A DNA stretch of 64,000 nt, taken from positions 3,104,001 to 3,168,000 of the forward strand of contig CBDEFM010000002.1 of NCBI GenBank assembly GCA_965237415.1, written 5' to 3'. Shown one piece after another: positions 20,778-30,162 of the stretch; position 1 is the stretch's first letter; each line of letters starts with the position of its first letter. A program made the position numbers and the translations under genes. Source of the stretch: Alphaproteobacteria bacterium. GTDB taxonomy: Bacteria; Pseudomonadota; Alphaproteobacteria; UBA828. The notes under the pieces were generated by a model that was not told where the DNA came from, did no database searches, and was given only the letters and a program-made list of their open reading frames with translations.

Positions 20778-21761
20778 ATGTATCTCGAACCCCCGTTCGA
20801 TGCTTCGGAGGCCCCGCTACCGGACCGCGGACCCACGCTCCCGGAACTGCTCGGACACTTCGTCCGGGGCGCCGGCGGGGCGTTCAGCGATAACACCGAG
20901 CGGGCTGTCCGCTCGGACCTCGCCATCTATGCCGGGTGGTGCCGGGAGCGGGGGCTGAGGGCGCTGCCGGCGACGCCGGAGACGGTCGCGGGCTTCGTCG
21001 ATGCGATGGCCGAGCGGCGCGCGCCGGCCACGGTGCGCCGCTATGTCGTCAGCATCGCCATCGCCCATCGGGCGGTTGGCCGGGAAGAGACGCCCGGGAG
21101 CCCGCTCGTGCGGCTCGCGCTCAAGCGCATGCACCGGCGCAAGGGGCGCCGGCAGGAGCAGGCGCACGGTCTGACCTGGCCGCTGCGCAACCGCCTGATG
21201 GCCGCGGCCGGCGACCGCCCGATCGACGACCGCAACCGCGCGCTGCTCGCCGTCGCCTACGACACACTGCTCCGCCGCGGCGAGCTGGCCTCCCTGCAAG
21301 TGTGCGATCTGCTTGAGGAAATGGGCGGCCACGCCACCCTGCTCGTGCGGCGGTCCAAGACCGACCCCGAGGGAGAAGGCGAGATCGTCTGGGTCGCGCC
21401 CGACAGCCTGCGCCTGGTCAAGGCATGGCTTGAGCGCAGCGGCGTCTCGGACGGGCCGCTGTTCCGCTCGGTCGGCAAGGGCGGGCGGGTCGGCGGCGGG
21501 TTCCACCCCTGCCAGGTGCCGCGCATCTTCAAGGCGATGGCCCGCGAGGCCGGCCTTCCCAGGGCGGTCGTGGAGGGCCTGTCGGGGCACAGCACGCGGG
21601 TCGGCGCCGCCCAGGACATGATCGCCGCCGACCTCGAACTGCCGGCGATCCAGCAGGCAGGGCGGTGGAAGTCCACCGCCATGGTGAACCGCTACGGCGA
21701 GCGCCTGCTCGCCCGGCGCAGCGGCGCGGCGCAGCTCGCCCGCCTGCAGGGTCGCGAATAG
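20778..21761 (+). CDS. Cre-type tyrosine site-specific recombinase (327 aa, intact)
   Basis: No Arm domain. AFSDNT...YAGWC N-terminus; catalytic LLRRGEL (R), RSKTD (K), SGHSTRVGAAQDM (H-x-x-R), QAGRW (W), MVNRY (Y), matching the Cre motif series. GGAGG RBS. Confidence 0.92.
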   Translation: MYLEPPFDASEAPLPDRGPTLPELLGHFVRGAGGAFSDNTERAVRSDLAIYAGWCRERGLRALPATPETVAGFVDAMAERRAPATVRRYVVSIAIAHRAVGREETPGSPLVRLALKRMHRRKGRRQEQAHGLTWPLRNRLMAAAGDRPIDDRNRALLAVAYDTLLRRGELASLQVCDLLEEMGGHATLLVRRSKTDPEGEGEIVWVAPDSLRLVKAWLERSGVSDGPLFRSVGKGGRVGGGFHPCQVPRIFKAMAREAGLPRAVVEGLSGHSTRVGAAQDMIAADLELPAIQQAGRWKSTAMVNRYGERLLARRSGAAQLARLQGRE

Positions 21762-21955
21762 AGGGAATATGTAATATCGTTCATGCCAATTCGACATTGC
21801 CCGCCTCCCGGGCAGCGGACCGGGGCGGACTGGGACGGCGGTGGATTCCCGGAGCGCAGGCGCCCGGCGGGTCCGGATTCGAAAACGATTATCGAGCGTA
21901 ATAATGTGCGGCGCCCGTGCGCCCGGCATGCTGCCGCTGCGGTCCGCAGGGGGGC

Positions 21956-21984
21956 TTGCAAACCACCGGAAGTCAGGCTACATA
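21956..21984 (+). promoter_or_regulatory. Candidate sigma70 promoter facing lox-like site 2
   Basis: TTGCAA-N17-TACATA, with a C before the -35 and GC before the -10, as in alphaproteobacterial housekeeping promoters. Confidence 0.5.
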
Positions 21985-22068
21985 AACCGATCCGAGGCTC
22001 TTCGGCGGCCGACGGTCGTGCCCGGCAAACGGCACGGGGCGTCGCCGGAGATGCGCGGAATTGTAGGG

Positions 22069-22102
22069 ATTACGCTCGATAGTGACAGTTATCGAGCGCA
22101 AT
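22069..22102 (-). other. lox-like recombination site 2, inverted relative to site 1
   Basis: ATTACGCTCGATA-GTGACAGT-TATCGAGCGCAAT. The spacer is the exact reverse complement of the site 1 spacer; one arm mismatch. Confidence 0.9.
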
Positions 22103-22676
22103 CCGGGATCTGCAATTCCGGGTCCGCGCCGCCCGCCGAGGGGCGTAACCGTCTGATATTCCACACCTGTTCGACGCCGGGCGAGCCCTTCTGCGGCCGG
22201 CCGGCGCTGTTTGCGCCCGATATTCGGCCTGCGCGCCGCGAGGCGCTGCCGGCGAGCCGGATTCCGGGCCCGGCTCGACCTCGCAACCGGCTGTCCGAAG
22301 AGGCTGCCCCGACCGTGTCGAACGGGCCGCCTGGAGAGCGGCGGAGACGCGGGCGCGGCCGGAGACCGCGTCCATCCCCCGGAAGGCGGAACGCCGCGCA
22401 CGGAGGACCGTGCGCGGCGCTGTCCGATGGTCGCGGGTCCGGTCGTGCAGCCCGTCGCCGGGATCCCGCGGCGGATCGCCCCGCCGCCCGGCCGGGCACG
22501 ATCCCTCCGGGAGGGGCGCGAGCCGGTGCGTCCCGCCGCCCGGGGTTCTTTCGCCTGTCCGGCTGCCGTCGTCTGGTGCACTCATCGCCCGGCTCCACGC
22601 GTCTCCACTGGGGCGCGTCCGAAGAGGATGCGCTACGGAGTCAGGTGGGAACGCGGTCTCTCGCGACCAGACGGAT

Positions 22677-22699
22677 TTTCCAATGGGGCCCATTGGAAA
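22677..22699. promoter_or_regulatory. 23-bp palindrome, possible protein-binding site
   Basis: TTTCCAATGGG-G-CCCATTGGAAA. Confidence 0.35.
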
Positions 22700-23450
22700 T
22701 GGTTATCGACCCTCCCCGCCCCGGCGCGCACCGCCCGCCGGCGGAACCGGCCCAGACAGGGCACCGGGCCTGCCGCCCCGCGTTCTCCTGGTCCGCTCCC
22801 CGTGACTAGCGACCCGGGACCGAAAAAGAAAATGCCGATCGAAACCAAATCCATTCGCAGGCGGCATGCGGCGGCGACGCTGCAGAACCGCCGGCGCTTG
22901 CGGTTCCGGCCGGTCGCAAGCGCTGCGGTCGCGGGGCCGACGACATTGGGCCGGTGGCCCGCCGGCCCGGCCGGCCCGCCAACTCGGCGGCCCGCCCGGC
23001 GGAATGCTCTGCCCCGCCGTTCGCCGCCAGGGGCGCTGACGGCTGATTGAATTCTGCGGATTCCCCGTGGATTCCCGGCTTGCCGGGACGATACCGCCTC
23101 GCCGCCCGCTGCGACGACCGCCAATGCGGGGTTTCCGCACAACCGCCGCCAAGCCGCGGTCGGCGTTCGCGCCCAGGACGGTCAAGTTGTGGGTCAGTGG
23201 GTTTGCATGGGATCCCACGTATCTGCGGTCGGTTCTCGGCCTCGCGCTCGCAGACAAATCTGTCGGCGATCTACGCCGCGAATTCCTTTGCAGCTCCGTC
23301 GAGTGCGTATCGCGCGCTATCGCTTGAAACTTGCTCTTCATTCGGCGACAAGGGGCGGCCATGGCGGGAACGACCGCGAGACTTCCGCCACCACTCGTAC
23401 GCAACGGATTCCATCACCTCGCACCGTCGTCAGAATAACTCAACTCCACC

Positions 23451-24737
23451 GTGGATGTTCCTATGCCTCCTTTCGACTGCAATCAGAGCAAACCAAAGCT
23501 CCTTGTAATTCTGGGAGCCGGGAGCTCTATCGATTGTGACATGCCGTCCGTTAGCGACATCAACAAGGAAATGAAACTCTGGAGTTGCAAATACCAGACA
23601 TCACTTCCCGACCAGTACGAGATCAACATATTCCAAGAATTGTGGGAAATGGTGAAATGCTACTATGGAACGAATCATTATGGCATTCGCCCAAATTACG
23701 AAATGGTTCTCGGCGAAATGACTGCGTTCGCCAGTTGGGCGTCGCCCTCTCCATTCGGCAATCCGCTGAATAAAGTTGTGAAGGACAGTTCGCCCACCGC
23801 TCCGTTTACATTGCTGCTAGATTGTTCAGATCCCAATCGCGTTCGCAAGGAAATTGTACGTCAACAAACCTTTCTCCTTGAACGATTGGTCGACTATATG
23901 CGCGAGAAGAGCAAGAACTTAAACATCCAAGCCGACTCGTTCTCCGACTACAGGGAGTTTTTTCGAAGGCTCCAGGATCGGTTCCAGCTCGGCGTCTACA
24001 ACTTGAATTACGATACCATGGCCCACACCGCGTGGCCAGAGTCGTTCAACGGATTCGATTGTTCGGGGCACTTCGATCCGTTACGTGTCAGCCGACGACA
24101 TGAGTGGGGATTCGCTTACCACCTTCATGGCAGCGTACATCATTGCATCGAAGACAAAGTAGTGAAGCCCTGGATCATCTGGAAAGAAGATCTTGATGAA
24201 TCATTTGTGGACTCCGGTATTCCGCCCATCGACATGGCGCAGCAGTTCAGGCCGATACCCTTGACCACATTGATCGCGGGCGGATTCAAGCTCGACCAGC
24301 TCCTTGCCGACCCATACCAGACATTCTACTCCGCCCTCATCAGGCATGCGCAGGAGGCCGATTCGATTTTGATTGCAGGATATGGATTTGGCGATCTGCA
24401 TGTGAACAGGGCAATTCAAAACAGATTTGAACGAAGTTACGATGATCGACGTTCGCCACAGGTCGTCGTTTTAGAAAAATCTCGTCCAGAGCGATTTCAC
24501 ACTGGGCGTCTCGAAATCAGCCAGTTTTGGTCTTATGAACTAAAGCATACGTTGAAGACCACCTTCTCTGACGGCAGCGAATATCCATCCGAGAACAGTT
24601 CCACGGTCGAGGACTTTATCGCCAGGCGGGAGTTCGAAACGGATCGCAAGGACCGGGTCGCCATATGGCACGGGGGCTTCCTAGATGCGCTTTCAGCTGT
24701 CGACAAGATCCTCGAGTGGTTGTCGAGGGGACTGTAG
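23451..24737 (+). CDS. SIR2-like domain protein
   Basis: LLVILGAGSS, YNLNYD, YHLHGSV, LIAGYGFGDLHVN; lower GC than the surroundings. Confidence 0.85.
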   Translation: MDVPMPPFDCNQSKPKLLVILGAGSSIDCDMPSVSDINKEMKLWSCKYQTSLPDQYEINIFQELWEMVKCYYGTNHYGIRPNYEMVLGEMTAFASWASPSPFGNPLNKVVKDSSPTAPFTLLLDCSDPNRVRKEIVRQQTFLLERLVDYMREKSKNLNIQADSFSDYREFFRRLQDRFQLGVYNLNYDTMAHTAWPESFNGFDCSGHFDPLRVSRRHEWGFAYHLHGSVHHCIEDKVVKPWIIWKEDLDESFVDSGIPPIDMAQQFRPIPLTTLIAGGFKLDQLLADPYQTFYSALIRHAQEADSILIAGYGFGDLHVNRAIQNRFERSYDDRRSPQVVVLEKSRPERFHTGRLEISQFWSYELKHTLKTTFSDGSEYPSENSSTVEDFIARREFETDRKDRVAIWHGGFLDALSAVDKILEWLSRGL

Positions 24738-24823
24738 CGTCGGCCCGCCTTGAATCGGCGCGTCCGATCGATGCAGTCCGGATCCGAGACAGCACGGGGC
24801 GGGTTGCCCGGTCAAGCGCCAAA

Positions 24824-24908
24824 GATGGCCGGCCGGAGCTACGTTGGGCTTCGAGGCTAAATGGGAAGCGCCTGCTGCCCGTCCGAGGGTGCGAACAGGC
24901 AGATCGTG
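24824..24908 (+). repeat. 85-bp diverged direct repeat, copy 1
   Basis: Ungapped alignment to 26832-26916, about 18 mismatches by eye. Confidence 0.75.
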
Positions 24909-25107
24909 GGCCTGAAGGATTCCAGGCAAACGGACTAACAGATCGCGTGATCCGGATACCCCGCCGTCCATGGGACCCGGGACGATCTCGTTCCCGCACT
25001 GCCGGACCGGATATCCACCTCCTGGCGCCCCCATGCAGGCCGTGCGGTCCGGCGTCTCCCGCTGAGCGTCGCGACCGTCGGGACCGGCCCAACGACCGGG
25101 ACGCTCA

Positions 25108-26259
25108 CTATTCCCCGCGAAAGCCGTAACGCGGGAATTCCACCGTCCTGACCTCCCTGAAGGGGTTGTTTTCTTTCAGCGCCCTATCAAGCTCTTCTTC
25201 GTATCTCCAGGGATGTTCGATATAGCACCACTCAACTGAGTACCAACCGCCTTCCTCCGGACAGAAGGATGCCCCGACGCATTTCGGAACTTTCAGGTCG
25301 TACTTGCAGGCAAGCGTCAAGTTCATCAGCCCCTGTTTCCTGACTTCGACCACATCTTCGGTCAGAGGTATGAAAACGAATCCGCAATCCGTACGCGGAC
25401 TGGCCATACGGTAAGGCAATGCGAATTCGTCCGATCTGCATTTTTCCATAGACAGGCGGAACCGCGTCTTAAACTCCCTCAACTCGTTTCTCTTCAGTTT
25501 CGCCAGTTCCTTCAGGATGGCGTAGTACTCCGTAGCGTGCCCGTCCGTCGTCACCCGTTCCGCAAACTGCTTGACGATTCCCGACATGTCCCACTCATCG
25601 GCGCGGTGTTCCAACTCCGTCAGGACATCCATGAACGCCGGTTCCGGCCTGCTGTCCGCATCGCCTGTCAGGTATTGTCCGACAAGCGCTGGTTCCGGCA
25701 CCGACGAGACGGCATCGTCCCATTTTTCGATCAACTCCTGACGAAACGCCAGATACTCGGACAGCTCGAACGGCGTCAGGACTGTACGGACGACACCGAG
25801 ATAATCATGCGCCGCAATGACGTGTATCGTTCCGGCAGTACGGCTGAGGTGGAACTTCTTCCTGCGGCAGGCCTCGGGAAGCCGGTCGTTGCCGAGATAA
25901 CATATCACCCTATGCAGGCCCGCAATGGCGTCACTTCTTAGCTTGAATTGGTGACCTCTATGGTTCCGGAGCAGAATGTTTCGGTGAACGTCCAGGTACT
26001 TCATGGAATCTCGAATTTGTTTCGTGCCGACACCGATAACCTTCTTTTCGAACCACCTGGCCTCTCTGTCCGGTGATGTTTTGCCGATCTTCTCGCGTTC
26101 CTTCAGTTGAAAGAGGACGAGCATATCGTCAAGCCAAATGATGCTGTCGGCCAGCTCCAGCTCGGTCGACGGGCTCGGACGAAAGGTGTTCGTCGAGTAG
26201 GTGAATTCCTCGAAAAAGAAGTGCTCGTTGAGACTTGCTATGTCGCCCTCGAACGTCAT
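25108..26259 (-). CDS. Hypothetical protein with PD-(D/E)xK/NERD-like N-terminus
   Basis: ELADSIIWLDDMLVLFQLKER resembles a nuclease E..D...(Q/E)xK signature; low GC. Confidence 0.6.
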   Translation of the reverse strand: MTFEGDIASLNEHFFFEEFTYSTNTFRPSPSTELELADSIIWLDDMLVLFQLKEREKIGKTSPDREARWFEKKVIGVGTKQIRDSMKYLDVHRNILLRNHRGHQFKLRSDAIAGLHRVICYLGNDRLPEACRRKKFHLSRTAGTIHVIAAHDYLGVVRTVLTPFELSEYLAFRQELIEKWDDAVSSVPEPALVGQYLTGDADSRPEPAFMDVLTELEHRADEWDMSGIVKQFAERVTTDGHATEYYAILKELAKLKRNELREFKTRFRLSMEKCRSDEFALPYRMASPRTDCGFVFIPLTEDVVEVRKQGLMNLTLACKYDLKVPKCVGASFCPEEGGWYSVEWCYIEHPWRYEEELDRALKENNPFREVRTVEFPRYGFRGE

Positions 26260-26397
26260 CTCGTTGCGTCCCGTTTCGTCCCGAGCATGGCCGGTTCCAC
26301 GTCCCGGCAATGATCCCCGCCGAACCGCCCCGGGTTTCCCGCAGGCATTCCGGTTGGGGTCATGCGTTCATAGTGAAGTTTTGGCCGGCTGCACAGC

Positions 26398-26690
26398 GAT
26401 TTGCCATCGACCGCGCGGCGCGCCGGGTGACCGCCGCAGAGCGGGCGATGCGGCTCACCGCCATCGAGTACAGACTCCTGCACACGCTCTCGCTCGACGC
26501 CGGCTGAGCGTCGGCCTCCGAGACCCTCCGGCGCCGGGTGTGGAGCGAACGGGGCGGCGCCGACCCGCAGACCGTGCGCAACGCCGTCCGCAAGCTCCGC
26601 CGCAAGATCGGCGACGACGCCGGGAACCCGAAATACATCCTCGGCGAGCGCGGCCTCGATTGCCGCATGCCCGGCCCGGAGGACGCGTGA
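26398..26690 (+). pseudogene. OmpR/KdpE-type winged-helix fragment
   Basis: RLTAIEYRLLHTL...(in-frame TGA)...LRRRVW...VRKLRRKIGDDAGNPKYILGERG. Confidence 0.75.
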
Positions 26691-26831
26691 GGCCGGAAGC
26701 GGGAGGGACCGCCGCGGCGTCCCCGCACCAGCGCCGGCGCACGGTGGCGCCCTCCACGGCGTCAGGTCCTGGACTTCCGACGACAACCACGCGATTTCGC
26801 GCGCTTGGGCGACCGGCGCCCCCGCGACGTG

Positions 26832-26916
26832 GATGCCCGGCCGGAGATCCTTCGGGATCCACGGCCAACCGGAAAACGCCTGCTGTCCGTCCGAGGGTAC
26901 GAACAGGCGGATCTTG
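26832..26916 (+). repeat. 85-bp diverged direct repeat, copy 2
   Basis: Matches 24824-24908. Confidence 0.75.
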
Positions 26917-26955
26917 CGGGTTTGCGGCGGGCCGAACGAACCGTAGGCTGTCCGA

Positions 26956-28491
26956 ATGGAGGATACGCAGCCGCAGCAGGGCGCCTGGACCATGCGACTG
27001 ATCGAGGGCCGGCAAGCCGATGCCGAGCTTGAGAATGTGGAAAGGGTGGAAGGCCTTGAGGCCGCCCCCGCCACGTTTCCCCTGGCGGATCTATCGCCCG
27101 TCGATTTCGAGCGGCTGAACTACGCCCTGTTCAAGAGCTCCTCGCCTCCCGGCGAACGTCGGATTTGGGACGACGCCGCTCTCATGCTGACCGGCGCCGA
27201 TGCAGGGCGGGACATCCTGCTGCTGGGAGGCGGCGCCGCACCGGGAGTCGTCCAATGCAAGAGACTGGGCGCTGCCATGGCGCGCCCTGCGGTTCTTCGC
27301 GAACTCTTCAAGTGCATTCTCTTCTGCACGCTCGACGCCTCATTGCCGCCGCTTTCCCCGCACGCGCATTACTTTCTTTCCCTGGCAAGGGATCCTGCCG
27401 GTACCGTCGTGGATTTCTTCGCGCAACCTTCGCAGTTCCTGAGTTCGCATCCATCGGACGTCTCCGAGGCGGTAAGAGACACGCTCAAATCGTATGGCTC
27501 ACTTCATGCGCTGGACTTCGACGACGCCTTAACCACCGTTCATCGGTATCTGCGATCGATGACTCTCCATCTGCTCAGACCGGTCGACTTGTATTTCTGG
27601 ATAGCTCAGGAACCGGACATCGCCAGGCGCTTCTTTCGACACCGCGTTGTTGTCGACAACGCTCCCGTCATGGACGAATTGGCCGCATTGCGCGGGAGCT
27701 TGGACGAAGTCGCTCGACAAACGAAAGGTATCTCCGCGATCACGGACGACGATGTGAAAATCATCAAGGACTACATCGATGGCGTTCCCGAATCGCACCG
27801 AACCTCGCTGGGCATTGCCTCCCTGTTCGGATTTCCGAGAGAAATGTTCGCCGGGGAAGAAAACTTCCGAAAACACCTGGAATCACTGGTGCGCGCACTC
27901 CAGGTCCTCCACACGGCTTACATCAATTGGATGAACTCCCGGGCCCAGGAGGAGGCGGCGCGAATTTGCGACATTCCGGAGATCCGGTTGACCGTTCATC
28001 CCTTCGCCCTGCAAATTGCCTCCGGCTACATGGGAACGCTGGCCGCAGACATCTCGCTTCGATCCCTGAGCGGCGAAGTGATGAGCTCGATCATCGAGAA
28101 AGCGACCAAGCGAAAGGCGCTTAGCGACGATGATGAAAGACTTGCGCACGTTTGCGAGCGCGTACTCGAACAGGGACGCCGACATCTTGCGCACGATTAC
28201 AGCCAGCTCGCCGGAGATGACGAACTGGTTGCGTTCAAGCGCCAGTTCTTCGACCGTCTCATGGCCGAAATTCCCGACAGGACAACACTGGAAGACGTCG
28301 TGCAAGACGGCAGGCGGAAACTGGAGCCGTACCTGAAGCAAGCGTCGTCGGAACTTCGGTCATTGGGGGGCTTTCGCCCAAGCGTGTTCCTGGCGGGAAC
28401 GAGCGGACTGGACAGCGACATCGCGATCGCGAAGATGGCGGACACCGCGCGGACATTGGACGGGCTTGGCGGTCGAGACGACGGAGGCTGA
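26956..28491 (+). CDS. Mrr-like restriction endonuclease domain protein with large unknown C-terminal region
   Basis: LSPVDFERL...GADAGRDI...VVQCKR Mrr_cat-type signature. Confidence 0.7.
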   Translation: MEDTQPQQGAWTMRLIEGRQADAELENVERVEGLEAAPATFPLADLSPVDFERLNYALFKSSSPPGERRIWDDAALMLTGADAGRDILLLGGGAAPGVVQCKRLGAAMARPAVLRELFKCILFCTLDASLPPLSPHAHYFLSLARDPAGTVVDFFAQPSQFLSSHPSDVSEAVRDTLKSYGSLHALDFDDALTTVHRYLRSMTLHLLRPVDLYFWIAQEPDIARRFFRHRVVVDNAPVMDELAALRGSLDEVARQTKGISAITDDDVKIIKDYIDGVPESHRTSLGIASLFGFPREMFAGEENFRKHLESLVRALQVLHTAYINWMNSRAQEEAARICDIPEIRLTVHPFALQIASGYMGTLAADISLRSLSGEVMSSIIEKATKRKALSDDDERLAHVCERVLEQGRRHLAHDYSQLAGDDELVAFKRQFFDRLMAEIPDRTTLEDVVQDGRRKLEPYLKQASSELRSLGGFRPSVFLAGTSGLDSDIAIAKMADTARTLDGLGGRDDGG

Positions 28492-28679
28492 ATTTCTCAG
28501 GCTCGAAACATCGATGCCTGTCTGCCTTCCAGTACCTGCGTGGCGAGACTTTGTTCGTACGCATTGTCGACTTGAGATTTGCGACCGGTCGAAGCGGTCC
28601 TGACCAGTCCGCATTCTCGCGGCGGGACCTTTCAAGCAGGAACAGGAACGGCAGGCCGCGCGCAAGAACAATGACCGGG

Positions 28680-28858
28680 CGGGTCGGCGCCGACTGGCAG
28701 GCGGGGCAGGAGTTCCGTCTGCCGCCGGCCTGGCAGCCCGATGTCGGGTTTTCCGGCGGCGGCTACACCGAGGCCGGCGAGTTCAGCGACTTCTTCGAGG
28801 CCCTGTTCGGCGGCGCCGGGCACCGCCGCTCGGGTGGCGGCTTGCCGCGGATGGCCTA
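28680..28858 (+). pseudogene. CbpA/DnaJ-family internal fragment
   Basis: WQAGQEFRLPPAW...EFSDFFEALFGG. Confidence 0.7.
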
Positions 28859-29202
28859 GGCGAATGCGCACCCTACCACGTGATTCCTGGCGCCCTTCGT
28901 CGCCCGGCACCACCATAGCTGCGAATTTCGGGTTCGACTGCGATCCGCAGCTCAACCACGCTCGGCCGCATTCGCTCGCGCAAGCGGTCGAGCAGGGGTC
29001 GGCCGTCGCCGAGCGCCTCGTGACCGGCTGCCGGTCTCGGCTTGAAATGGTAATCTGCCGCCGCACTCCGACAGCAAGAGACCTCAGTTTGAATAAAATC
29101 GCATTCGGTTTGATGACTGATCCTGTAAATCCTGCGCCTCAAGCTAGGAGACGAGAAAATTTATTCAAGTATTACAATTCACTAAAGGAACAGCGCGCAA
29201 AT

Positions 29203-29292
29203 GGCTCCGGATTTGTTCCGGGCATCTCGCTCAGCGAGGTCCGTTGAACTCCGAGCAAACACGTGGATGGCCGGGACAAGCCCGGCCATGAC
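29203..29292 (-). repeat. Alphaproteobacterial REP/RIME-like palindromic element
   Basis: Minus strand GTCATGGCCGGGCTTGTCCCGGCCATCCAC...GATGCCCGGAACAAATCCGG. Confidence 0.75.
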
Positions 29293-29454
29293 GTGGCAAG
29301 GGGACACGAGCGCAGCAGCGCACAGTCTCCCTCCCCGCCCGCATCGGCGCCGTGACCGGCGGTTGCGTTCCGCAGCCGCTGTTGGGACCATGGCCGCCGC
29401 CGCCTATGCCCTGGCGGCGGCCGGGTTTCACCATAGCGGGCGGCAGGCGCCAGC

Positions 29455-30162
29455 GTGACCGATATCGCCGAGGCCTTCGCGGCGGCCTTCTCCCTCGTCT
29501 ACCATCTCGACAGCGACCTGGGCGAGATCGTGCTCCTCTCGCTCCAGGTCAGCATCGGCGCCGTGGCGGTGGCGAGCGCGATCGGCCTGCCATTGGGCGC
29601 CGCCGTGGCGCTCTTCCGCTTCCCCGGCCGGGGCGCGGTCGTCGTCCTGCTCAATGCGTTGATGGGTCTGCCGCCGGTGGTGGTGGGCCTCGTGGTCTAC
29701 CTGGTGCTCTCGCGCGCAGGCCCGCTCGGCGTGCTCGGCCTGCTCTTCACGCCGACCGCCATGGTGATCGCCCAGGTGCTGCTGGTGACGCCCATCGTCG
29801 CGGCCCTCGCCCGCCAGGTGATCGAGGACCTGTGGAGCGAGTACGAGGAGCAGCTCCGCTCCCTCGGCGCGACGCCGCGGCGCGCGCTGACGGCGCTGCT
29901 CTGGGACGGGCGCTACAGCCTGCTGACCGCCGTGCTCGCGGGCTTCGGCCGCGCCATTGCCGAGGTCGGCGCGGTGATGATCGTCGGCGGCAACATCGAC
30001 CATGTGACCCGCGTCATGACCACGGCGATCGCGCTCGAGGTCTCCAAGGGCGACCTCGCGCTGGCGCTCGGCCTCGGCATTGTCCTGGTCGGGCTCTCCA
30101 TCGCCGTCAGCACCGCCGCAGCGCTCCTGCGCGGCACCCTGGCGCAGGGGTGGCCGCGATGA
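29455..30162 (+). CDS. tupB: Tungstate ABC transporter permease
   Basis: LMGLPPVVVGL, GFGRAIAEVGAVMIVGGNI...TRVMTTAIALE. Confidence 0.9.
   Translation: MTDIAEAFAAAFSLVYHLDSDLGEIVLLSLQVSIGAVAVASAIGLPLGAAVALFRFPGRGAVVVLLNALMGLPPVVVGLVVYLVLSRAGPLGVLGLLFTPTAMVIAQVLLVTPIVAALARQVIEDLWSEYEEQLRSLGATPRRALTALLWDGRYSLLTAVLAGFGRAIAEVGAVMIVGGNIDHVTRVMTTAIALEVSKGDLALALGLGIVLVGLSIAVSTAAALLRGTLAQGWPR

Noticed and set aside
20707-22102. The 34-bp palindromes as terminators, CRISPR repeats or dif sites
   Set aside because: No T-tails, only two full copies with no spacer array, and the 13-8-13 symmetric arms differ from the 11-6-11 XerC/D dif layout.
22103-23450. Multiple overlapping ORFs after lox-like site 2
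   Set aside because: Low-complexity translations in all frames; treated as non-coding or fully decayed.
24824-26916. Integron attC cassettes
   Set aside because: No RYYYAAC/GTTRRRY ends and no IntI-type integrase seen.
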